Origin: Ostrea edulis | Lineage: Eukaryota | NCBI RefSeq assembly: GCF_947568905.1 | Contig: NC_079164.1 | Span: forward strand, 36,766,001 to 36,830,000 | Direction: 5' to 3' | DNA length: 64,000 nt | Part shown: piece by piece, positions 1 to 21,400 of the stretch | Layout: each line of letters starts with the position of its first letter | How positions within the stretch are numbered: position 1 is the first letter of the stretch | Notes under the pieces: generated by a model | Database searches by the model: none | What the model saw: the letters and a program-made list of their open reading frames with translations, nothing else | Told to the model about the DNA's origin: nothing | Made by a program: the position numbers and the translations under genes

Positions 1-197
1 GCTGCCATTACAGGTGCTAGGGCACTAACATTCAACAATATCTTTCACTGTCTATAACCAGGTACCCCTTTTACACTTGGGTGGAGTGAGGAAATTCGTT
101 TAAAGTGCCTTTCCCAAGGACACAACGTCGGCCGACTTGAACCCACGACCTTTCGGTCGAGAGTCTGACAGCCAAACTACTAGGCTACCGACGCCAC
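1..197 (-). mobile_element. tRNA-derived SINE with CORE-like domain, truncated by window edge
   Basis: Minus strand reads an A-box-like TAGCCTAGTAG and B box GGTTCAAGTC, then GTGTCCTTGGGAAAGGCACTTTAAAC...CTCCACCCAAGTGTAAAAGGGGTACC, which resembles the CORE-SINE central domain. Confidence 0.7.
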
Positions 198-286
198 AAT
201 TAACATTTACATGTGGAGACTCATGTACAGTACATATAAATACTGCTGTGATACATTTACATGTAGTGTCACATGATTTCTAATTA

Positions 287-442
287 CAGTAAAACACGGT
301 TATAGTGAACCTCTAGGGCCAGTGAACAAAGTTTGATATAACCAAACTTCATTATATCCAATACAATTATGATTAATTTCCTCTCATTGGGCAATAAATA
401 TCAATTCATTATAAGCATGATCATTATAAGTGTGTTTTACTG
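287..442. mobile_element. ~160-175 bp TA-target MITE (family A)
   Basis: TA|CAGTAAAACAC...GTGTTTTACTG|TA; about eight related copies in the window. Confidence 0.75.
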
Positions 443-474
443 TATTCAATTTAATTTCAGATCATTTAGTCTAC

Positions 475-9734
<9,260 letters not shown>

Positions 9735-10226
9735 ATTGAAACCCAATGTGACAATTTCTAGTTTTCTGGTCGCTGACAATAACGCGGGTGATCGGTGTTT
9801 GCCAAGTTGGTCTATATCTTATTCCATCATAGATAACTTCTCATAAAACATTCGTCAGTATTATATATGGTGGCTACTGTATAGCTACATGTTATTGATA
9901 TTTTCCATTGATTGTTGGTGATAAACAAACTTCACATTAGTATTGTTTAGGACAGTGACAAAGTACGAGAATATATTGTACGAATTAACATCTGCCATAA
10001 ATGGAAGACGCATATCAATTTTAACATCGATAAAGAAAAGCAAGGTATTCATTTATAAGTGCATGCTTTTATTTCTTGTACGAAATTTTTATGTCCAGTA
10101 GTATGCACAGGACATACAAATATTTTTGCTAGTCAAAGCAAAAATGACTATATTGTAATCCGAAATTCCTCTTGGCTCTTGCCCCCGCTTTTATGCAAGG
10201 CAGAATTAGGCCTAGTCAAAGCGAAA
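9735..10226. promoter_or_regulatory. Putative bidirectional promoter LZTR1/DHX9, including a candidate non-coding first exon of DHX9 ending at 10226
   Basis: Head-to-head arrangement. DHX9 coding exon 1 starts at an acceptor 7 nt before its ATG, so an upstream exon is required; AAA|GTAAGA at 10226/10227 after a pyrimidine-rich stretch is the best candidate donor. Confidence 0.45.
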
Positions 10227-10869
10227 GTAAGAATTCAGCGACACCAGCTGGTGTCGCTACTTTGCCTACCATTTACAACTTAATTTTCGAACAAGACGCG
10301 AGGATTCAGTAATCAAATGATTATTCTACAAGTTATTTTATCATAAAATTTATGTTCTCATCACGAATTTTTAGTTTTATTAAAATTTGACACCATCTAG
10401 GGAAGGGCAATCCAGAATCTCAGAGATTGCTACTCAAATTACCATTCATCTCCTTTTTATATTTTACAGATGTTAAAGTCTCATTCGATCAGGAGAGATC
10501 ATAGTTTAGTTTGTTAGAATATACCAAATATCAGACCTGATTTTCTTCTGCTTTTTAGCGGAATTCCACTCTTTAAATTCATGCAATTCATTTATGAATT
10601 TGTATTCCTTATTTTTGATAAATTCAGGAAAGATATTCATGACCATTTTTGTCCAGTGAATCTATTTTAGATCCTTTTATACTAACTTTAATAAATCGAC
10701 GTAACACACAATTTTATTGGTTCTTGGAAGCTAGTAGTGTATGTTTAACCAATCGATGGTAGTTTAAATGAGAACATAGGTTGCGGTAAATCCGTAATGG
10801 ATGCCGAAATCCTACAATGTGAGTTGGAGAATAAAAGTGTTCTAAAGTCGATAAAGGTATTAAAACCCC

Positions 10870-11000
10870 ATGGAGATGAGAGTGGTTGGAGAAAAGGTGA
10901 ACGATGATTAATTTTAGCGGGAAGGCCTTTTGCCAATTATGCCACATAGAAATCAGTTACTCGTCACGTAGATGCTTGGCATGGAACAGCACATCAACAA
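10870..11000 (+). pseudogene. Decayed zinc-finger-like transposase fragment
   Basis: One frame reads PWR*EWLEKR*TMINFSGKAFCQLCHIEISYSSR, a W-rich/CxxC pattern like N-terminal fingers of DNA transposases; contains stops. Confidence 0.3.
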
Positions 11001-12423
11001 GAAAATTGCATGAGATCTAGTAGAACCAATCAAAGCTTTTCTGTTAACTTCGAAATAATGTAAATTTCATTGATTTACGATAACAATAAACAGGGATTCA
11101 TCAGTACCTTCTCAGAAACCGAAATTTGACCTAATATTTCTTTAATGTCTTATTTTTCCCTCCGATAAGTAAACTACAGTACCTTTCATGGAAAAACCAA
11201 GTAAAAAGATCATATCATCCGTAATCCTCCCTTATTCAACTCATTTAGCAATACTTCATGATTAAAGGCACTCTATAAACATCTCCAACTGTTATAACCC
11301 GAATTTCCTTCATTTCCTCTGTTATGGTAATTGCTATGTAGATAGCAGAGCTCATGATATTTTTACTTTCTCAGTTAACTTAATTAAGGGTTATTTAAAC
11401 CAAAAGGAAGGCTGGGTTATTTAAACCAAAAGGAAGGCTAAGAAACTCTATGACAAAGCTGCAAAAAAGGCTAGACTGACTCACATCAAACATGACATAT
11501 CAGTAGCTGAAATAAGGAAACACAATAGAAAGTGAATTAAGAATTGGAATGATGCAAGAATTAATGCACATATATTTGTAAATGCATGTACATTGTTGTG
11601 TCTATGTAATAAGGTATGTTGATTGAAATCTCCTTTTACATTGAACATGAATTCATTTTTAATGTATTAACCTAGGGGTAAAGAAAACATTTAAGTATTA
11701 AGAAAGTATATGCAACATAAAAGTTTTGTTTAAGAAGTAGACAATTTGAAAGTAAAAAAGAAGTGCCAAGAAATGCTCAGAATGCAGGATTTTGCACCAT
11801 TTACCCCAAAGCATCTTGGGGCCTAGGCGGCCCCCAGACCCCTACTAGGGGTAGTCTTTAAATCAGCTTTTTAATTTCACTGCAAAATCAGGTCTGTAAC
11901 ATGTGTTTGCACTTGCAATATGTGTGGAGAAGCAATGCATTTTCTATCATTTTTGAACCACAGGAACTTTTCCTCAATCAGCAAAAATGGAAGACGCTCT
12001 CTCATTGGTCAATTCAGTGTGCTCTTGCACATCCTTACTTTATAGACATGCTTATTGTGAGGCCAAATCAGAAGTATCCTGCTTCAGAACCTCTTGCTTG
12101 GTAGATTAGATTATAAATGTACTTTTCATTTTTATTCAGAGTACAATAGAGTACATGTACTTTTGTATCCAAAATACTGTAGGTGATTAATTTAAGAAAA
12201 TTTTGAGGAAGCTTGGATTATTAGGGACATTTTGAAATATTCTAAGTCTGAATTACTTATATACTTTCGTCAACATAAAGTTGTGGGTTTCATATTATAT
12301 TTGATTTGTTAAAAGTTTCTGGAAAAATTATATTTTTAATTGTTGGATTTTGTTTACAGATGATGATAGGTGAACAAGTTCATGTCATTATGAAAATTCA
12401 TATGCTTTTTTTCCAGGTGCATC

Positions 12424-15400
12424 ATGGGAGACATGAAGCAGTTTTTATATGCCTGGTTGGGAAAACGTAAAGCAACACCGGCATATGAATTTTCCCAGAC
12501 AGGATCGAAGCACAAGCCAAGGTTTAAGTGTGAGGTACGTTTGACTTGGATTCAAATAAAACAAATGTGATGCATTACAGTAGACATTGATGGTTAGGCC
12601 AAGGCTAGCGTAGCAGAGTGCAAAAACCAAAAAACCAAACAAGATTACATGAAATCTTGTCACAAAATTATAGGTTTGATTAAAGTTTGGGAGCATTCTG
12701 CAGTAGTTGTTGACAAAGAGAGATAACTGTTTGAGCTTTGTCATTCATGTGTATCATTTATATCTTTTACGTAAGTGGTAGTACTGATATCATTTATATC
12801 TTTTACGTAAGTGGTAGTATCGATATCATTTATATCTTTTACGTAAGTGGTAGTACTGATATCATTTATATCTTTTACGTAAGTGGTAGTACTGATATCA
12901 TTTATATCTTTTACGTAAGTGGTAGTATCGGTATCATTTTGTATTCTATGTTTATTCATGTCCTCAGGTTTGGTAATTTACATGCAAAAAAATTGGAAGA
13001 AAGGTTATCCATGTTTTCATACATTGCAATAAACTTTTACCTGATATGTTACTCAAGTAATAATGAAATGATACAACCAAATTAAAGATAGAGTTTTTGT
13101 AAAGTAAAGGGTAAAAGAAGTTTAAAGTCTCCAATAAGATTTGAACCCATTCTAACAAGCTAAGATTCTCTGACATTACCTAACTCTGGCGGGTAATACC
13201 TCTTGCCTATCAAAGCATACTCCACTAGACATTTACTTTAAAACATAAATCAGGGGCATATAACTCAAAATGCTAAAACTCATGTGTATTTCAAATTTGT
13301 GGCTTCTCTGCCATTCAAACCTTGCAACTAGGTAAATGGAGTTACCTCCTCTTTGTTAGCTAATATTCATTTAACTTATAAAGCAACAAGGAAAAGGCTT
13401 AGGAAAACCACCTTCAATCCCAAATTTTGAACTTAATACATTTGTTGAATTCATTGTTGAAATGTTGATGAATTCTAAACTTATTATAGGTGAATCAAGC
13501 CACAATTTATGCAAACTCAAATGTGGATGTTAATTTTAAAATAGCATTTTGTACATTTCTCTAAAATATTCTGTAAGTGTGAAATAAAACACAACATATA
13601 CTCATTATTGTCTAGTACTATTATTAAAATTTATAAAGCCCTGGCAATATTATATAGTACCAAGCTATTCCATCTACTATAGGTGTAAACGCATTGTAAC
13701 TATGTGATTGGTCTATAGCCTTTGACACGTGATTGGTCTATAGCCTTTGACACACAGAAGGTGTTCTGAATATATGACATCATAATCATAGATTGATTTG
13801 GTTTGGTGGGTTTTTTAAATGAAAATTTGTATGGAAAAATTTACATAAATAAATTTAGATTTGTAAATATATTCAATGATTGTTTTTTAATCATAAGCTG
13901 TCAATTTTACAAATTAATTATTAGCATACTGGGCGGTAATACAGGAAAACATGCTTATAATGAACATGTAGCGAATTCGTGGTTATTGCGATATTTTCTT
14001 TTTCCTATGGAAGGAAAGTAACAAAAAGTGTAATAGATATAATGAAGTTTGGTTATAATGAACAGTTTCTCTGGTCCTGGAGTTTTGCTATATACCATGT
14101 ATTACTGTACATGTATTGTTATGTATTCAGTAAAAAAGATCAAGCCTGTGATGGGATACTTTTTAATCGGTTGTACATCTATCGTTATTTTGAACACTAG
14201 GTGAGAGCTGATGGCTTTGACTACCTTGCTGTTGGAAATTCCACAAATAAAAAGGACGCCCAGACGAATGCTGCCAAAGACTTTGTTCAGTATCTAGTAC
14301 GACAGGGACTAGTCCAGCAAGCCGAAGTTCCAGCGCTCGAGATGGTACAAATTATGTATCTTATCATTTAGTATTTCCAAAGGCTTTTTAAGCAAGTAAG
14401 CCAAGTAGTACAACAGAATGGCATTTAGTACATTTAGTAGCTGTGCTAAATGATGCATAGATGCTATTAATTAAAGAGTCAGAAATTGCATGATGAGTTT
14501 AGATTTTATACTGCATTATTGAATAACTAAGATGAGAATGGTACAGTTCACAAAGGTCAGTTTTAGACCTTTTGAATGAAGACTTTTCTCATGATATCTA
14601 AACCACGTACACATTCATTTTGTTGTAAATTTAAATGAACTTTGATGGATATACAAATTTAACAGATGTCTTTCATGATTCTCTCTAATAATACACTCAG
14701 ACTGTATGCATTCATTCATAATATCATGTAGTATTCATCATTAATTTTACAAATTGTCACCGAACATAACTGCCTTACATGGAGATATTTTACACATATG
14801 GAGAGGGCTTATATAGGCAATGCCTGTTGTCCAATCCATTTATGTTTTCTACATAATAAAATATTGTTTAAATTAAATATTTTAAACATGTGTCAAATGA
14901 ACATGAAAATGTTTATACATGTATGTTTTAGATAAGACGATGTATGTTTTAGTTAAGACGATGTATGTTTTATATAAGACAATGTATGTTTTAGATAAGA
15001 CAATGTATGTTTTAGATAAGATAATGTATGTTTTAGATAAGATAATGTATGTTTTAGTTAAGACGATGTATGTTTTAGATAAGATAATGTATGTTTTAGT
15101 TAAGACGATGTATGTTTTAGATAAGATAATTTATGTTTTAGATAAGATAATGTATGTTTTAGATAAGACGATGTATGTTTTAGATAAGACAATGTATGTT
15201 TTAGATAAGACTATGTATGTTTTAGATAAGATAATGTATGTTTTAAATAAGACGATGTATGTTTTAGATAAGACAGTGTTTTAGATAAGATAATGTATGT
15301 TTTAGATAAGACGCTGTATGTTTTAGATAAGATAATGTATGTTTTAGATAAGATAATGTATGTTTTAGATAAGACAATGTATGTTTTAGATAAGACTATG

Positions 15401-18400
15401 TATGTTTTAGATAAGATAATGTATGTTTTAGATAAGATAATGTATGTTTTAGATAAGATAATTTCTTCTTGTAGCCTTCTGTTGGTCAGAGTGAGAGAGA
15501 GCCGGGGATCTCTGGGGGGCCGGGGTTTGTAGGCCTGCCAGGAGGACTAAATGCACCACATCAGTCATTGGGACTAGGTACAGCATAAAACTAATGTTAA
15601 AATAATGTCAGATTTGCAGACAGGAGCAAATGTTCTATTTAGGGATGGATTTTTCTCAGAATTATATTGTAATCATGGGCCATATTCCTCTTTTTCGTTT
15701 AAATATGCAGTGTTAAACTACAAAAGCCAATTAGTATCGCTGAAAAAATGTTTTTTCTCATAATTATGAGAGCATTATTTTCATTATTACAGAAAGAAAT
15801 CTTGTTATTATGAGTTATTTTTCTCATAATTACAATATTTATACCACTATCTTTTTCCCCCCGGAAGGATGGGTTTTAAGATGTTGACACACATGGGAAA
15901 ATGTGCAAACTGTAATTAATGAATAGGGGTGATTTATTTCTGTAGATGGAGGTGGAAACGAAGAAGGAGAGTTCAGGCAGCAGCAGCGAGAAGTTGCTCC
16001 GTATGAGAGAGGGCCACCACTTAGTTATCTAGAAAGAATTGCAGAGAAGCGAGTGTTAGAGGAGGTAATGATAAAACTTCTTGCTTAAATGCAGCCAACA
16101 TCTCAAAATGATGCTACAGTGAAACGCAGCCAAACATCTCAAAATGATGCTACAGTGAAACGCAGCCAAACATCTCAAAATGATGCTACAGTGAAACGCA
16201 GCCAAACATCTCAAAATGATGCTACAGTGAAACGCAGCCAAACATCTCAAAATGATGCTACAGTGAAACGCAGCCAAACATCTCAAAATGATGCTACAGT
16301 GAAACGCAGCCAAACATCTCAAAATGATGCTACAGTGAAACGCACTTACATGTATAACGACCACACTTATAACAAATTCACGCTTATTGCAAAGTGATAT
16401 TTATTCCCCTATGAGAGCAAATTGTATCAGATATAACAAAGTTTAGTTATTTTTTGTTTTTCACTGGTCCTGGAGCTTCACCATAACTGTGTTTTACTGT
16501 ATAGTTGGAGAGGAAATGAAATGCCACAACACCAAACAAAATATTTGTAAGAAAAATATGTATGGAATTTTTTTGTAGTCGGAGGATGTTGATTTTAACG
16601 CGGACATTCACGGGAACTGGACTTTGGAGAATGCTAAGAGTCGACTTCACCAGTTTTTGCAGCAGAATAAGATCCAGACAGACTATAAGTACAGTATGGT
16701 CGGACCTGATCACAACAGGTGAGTAACGGTTGTGTATCCCGTTGTTTGATGACGACATTATAGTAGTTACATTATTACCTTTATGTCACACCTTTAATAC
16801 TAAGTCATGCTAGTCAGTGTTTACCAGCTTGAGAGTTAGGAAAAATTTTAACGAAAAACTTTTATTTTTAAAGTAAAGGATGCAAAAATCACTTGAAGAG
16901 TAAAACATGGAGAACATCGATCTTTAATGAGGTTCCTCTAGCGAAACCTGTCAATAACATGGAAGAGTTTCATTATCATCTGTTTACTTTGAAGCAGTAG
17001 GAGATAAAGAAGCATGATAATATGTAGAGGAGTCTGTGTTGCTGTCGTGTATTTGTTTATTAGACCTTGTACATGTAGCTTGAAAGGAATCTTTGTATTG
17101 GGGTATATCTCTGTTAGAAATGCGCACATACTTGAGAATGATACAGTACATTTGTGTAGGGAACTCAGAACCTTGTGAATTAGGAATGATAAAATACATG
17201 TAAATCACTGGAAACCATGCAGGAACTAGAGGTCTATCAGTTGTGCATAACTTTCTAACTTTCATTTCCACTGTAACTGAAAGTTGTCAAGAGTAGGATT
17301 AATTTTAAGTTAAAAAACTCATAAAATCTCCAATTTTCCTTAAAAGCTTAAGAGCTGATAACAAAACAAATTCTTCGATGTATTTTAATCTATTTCCTTA
17401 TTTTTTCAGTTAGAAATATTATACAGGACAAACTGAAATGAGACATGTACATGTGATTTGCATCTTGGATATTGATATCTTCCAGATTTTTTACTAGCAT
17501 CATGCCATGCATCAATAATTATACCGCACACAACAAGTTGTGGAAGGAATAATGTTTTTGACCTTTCCATCAGTCAGTTCTGTTCATGAAACTTGGTACA
17601 TGTAATTAATAAGGACTTACTATGTTGCAGAAAACTCCGATTTAATTTTTTTCTCTTTAAGCTTTTGTCAGTCCTGTTCTTGTCAGTGCAACTCCTCTGA
17701 AACCGCTGAACAGAATTTCATGAAACTTTGTAGTGAATAAGAACATGCTGTGTAGATGTGTGTATTTGTAGGAAATTGTGATTCTGACATCTCTGGTGTG
17801 TTCGCCAAACTCTAAATTTTGTAACTATTCTTTACAGGAGTTATGAGAGTGGTCACTGTTAGTTATCTTCACCTTTTCAAATTGTTTGTTTATTATTGTC
17901 TGTTGTGTGCTGCCTTATTTCACTATAACACAGCCCAACATCTCTGAATATGTAAGTTATATTTGTTTATCTCCTTTAATGAAATGATATCTAGGGACTG
18001 TGTCATATGCTTAATTCAAAAAGAAAACTACTTAATTTTTGCCACTAGCTAAGAAAGAAGCAGGTACATTCATTCTTATTTGGCTCTGTTGATAACTGTA
18101 TTTTCAATAAGTTCATAGATATAAAACATGTTATTATACATGTATACCCATCAATGTTTCGGGTTTTTTTTATACTGTTGATTTCACAGAAAGTGATCTG
18201 ATTTTCTAGATTACCACACTGGTTTTCTGATTCCGTATCAGTATCCTCTGAAACTGATCATGACGTCACAATGCATCGACGCAACGTTTTCTGTGGAAAA
18301 TATTGACCGCGTCACAAACAAAACTGCATACACAAAACATAATTTCATTGTATGTCTGTGTTTTAGATAATTTGGATTACATTCATTATCTTATAAATGT

Positions 18401-21400
18401 GGATTCAAAAATATACAAGGGTTATATAATAAATTTATCATTACTACAGTAACCTTAATACAGTACATAGAATATCTGGAAACTATTGTGGGTGATGACT
18501 TTGGGAAACATTTCCCCAGAGTGAAACTGAAGGGACAATACCCTTTTTCATTGATTTGCTGAACTCTTGCATATTGATGATGTTGGGATTCTACATACAA
18601 GACTTTGTTTGCTTTGATGCTTTTTGATTTGTAACACACCCATATTGAACTTTCCGTTTGCCATTTTGATAAAATTGAAGGGTATCTTCGTTCATAGGGC
18701 TGATAAATAATGGTAAAAACATTCCTTTCTTGGCGGCATTCTGTTGCATATTTCTAACTTCATAATTTAGAAAAAAATCATTTATATCTTTTATTTAGTA
18801 TTGAATTACTGATTTCATGAACTTTGAGTGGATTATTGGCTTATTCATGCAGTACCATAGTTTACTTGCATAACAATAAACCACAGTACAAAATGTAAGT
18901 TTTCCTTTTGAAGCTGTGTGACAGTAGTCCCTGTATATCATTGTCCAGTGTCCTCACACGGACTGATAAATACACAGACAGTGCATGTACGCTTCACAGC
19001 AAAGAAAGCGATTCTTAAACAGTCCATCCATAAACTTCTTTTGTTTGTTTTTAAATAACCTTTTCATACTAGAGCTTATTGAATTATAGTTACTGATATT
19101 TCACTGCATGAATTATTAATCATATTTTGCAGTTTCAGCAACACATGAGCATGACTGGACCAGTTCATGTTTATTTTGATATTTTACAAGGCATTTATGA
19201 AATGAAAATTTTATAGACTTTAGATATTGGCACACCAGGGCACTACAACAGAAATTTGTACTCCTAGTTTACAGGTGAAAATTGAATTCAAGAAACCATG
19301 GAGTTTTAACTTGGCCACTTTTAAGTCGTGTTCACATGTCTGCCTCTTGACATGTGAAACATTGACACAGGAATGTAGTTGTTTTTGGTGACTTTTTGTT
19401 GATCAGTAATACAGTGTATTCGATATATCAGAATGTGACATCAGACTAATGGGCAATACATGTATTTGTTACTCTCAATCATTACATGTCTCCAGGGATA
19501 CAGAAGTGCAGAGTCTCAGATACATGGATTGAAATTAGTAAGCTTCAAAACACGAACCATATATTGACATGCGTCATGATTCATACCATGTTGATGTGAA
19601 TAAGCGAAGGACATGGAAAAGATTCAGTTGCATTTAACATGTTTACAAAACAGAAGCCTTTATTCAAGAAGTTTTGAGTAAGGGAAGGAGGGGGGAGGGG
19701 CTCACCAGATTTAAGGTGTGTATTATAAACAGGAGAGATTGAAGGAAAACATGGCTCTATTGGTGGGAAACACCTCTACAGCTATGGTGCAAACAGTGGT
19801 CTGATGTTTACATTTTCTGATCAACAAAAGGTTGCCTCGAAGTCACAATGGAGCTGTGCCACAAGTAGTGCTCTGGTTGGCTGATTCAGAGGAAGCTGTA
19901 TACGTGGTAAGTAACCATGTACTGATGTAGACGAAGTGCTGAACTTCACAAGACTAGTGATGCATGCACAACATTCACAAATTATAATCATAATTAGGAA
20001 ATGTCAATATTCTTGTGTCATTTTACACAAATAACTTATCACTTCTTACAGTTTTATTTCAGATTTTAGAAAAATAGTGTACCATTAAAAATGTGTTATA
20101 ATAATTTGAAACAAGATATTTAATTATTCAGTATTTTCAGGAGCTTTATTGCTGAAATGAAATTTTAGAAACATTATACTATTTGAAATGTTATCATAAT
20201 TTGATATAAAATATCTGATTATCCTTCAATATTTTCAGGAGCTTTATTGCAGAAATGAAGTTCTATGTAAATAGGATTCGCCAAAGTAAGTTCAATTTTA
20301 TTTAACAGACTTTCTCATGGTCATTTATACAGAGGTATAAAGAAATGAATTGATGGACATGGAAAAAGAGAAATAACATAAGAATTCGCGATAATTAGAG
20401 ACTGACACTTTTTTCAGACATTCATGCCCGAGAACATGGATCTAATAAACAGGTGGCCTCTAAGTCCTGTGCTTTGTCCCTGGTGCGTCAACTGTATCAC
20501 ATGGGGGTCATCGAGTCTTACACGGGGCAAACCAAGAAGAAGGACCAGGACAAGGTCAAGTTTTGTAACTCATTCCTATTAATAGCTTAAAGGGACTGAT
20601 TCACGATTTTCCCCCAAATTTTCTTTTTCACTTTTAATGATCAAAATCTACTGTCTAATGTGTTTAAAAGAGTTCACATAAAAATTAAGGTTATACATTA
20701 TCAAAGAAGTTCATTTTAGAGAGTTTATTATTTGTTTTGTAAACAAAGATTGCGGTATGTTATTGTTTATGAAATTTTCAAAAGAAATGGATATCGATCT
20801 AAGTTTATTATATCGTTCACATTTCGTAGCAGTTTTGGGGTAAATGTGTCATCTAAAAGTTAAAATTTGTGACTATGCAAAATGAAGATGCTTTATATTA
20901 CAAAATCAATATTTCACTTGTTTGTTTGTATACATAAAAAGACTCGAGTCTTTGTTTACACAACACCGATTTAAGGCTAAAATATTGCTTTAATTCTTGC
21001 ATTCAGAAGGTTAAAATTTTGGCTATCAATATTAAATGAGTTATATTTTTAATGTTTACCATCAAAAATGAAAAATAGTTTTATCAAAAATCGTGAACCA
21101 GTCCCTTTAATCACTGTAAACAATACAGTATTTACATGTATTATGTATGCAATGTACACATGTACAGTAAAACACATTTATAACAAATTCATGCTTATTG
21201 ACAAGTGATATTTATTTTCCTGTGAGAGGAAAATAACAAAACTTTTATTGGATATAAGTTTGGTTATAACGAATTTCTTTTTCACTGGTCCTGGAGATCT
21301 GCTACAGTGGAACCCTGTTATTACGTTTTCCATTTTGTCGCGATAAAATAACGTAATACCGGGGTCAACGTAATAAATGTTCCCAGTGAAATCCATTAAA

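Noticed and set aside
19480-19915. GC-richer stretch ending in G|GTAAGT, possible cryptic exon or pseudogene in a DHX9 intron
   Set aside because: The frames I translated contain stops and I recognise no homology; a translated search would be needed.
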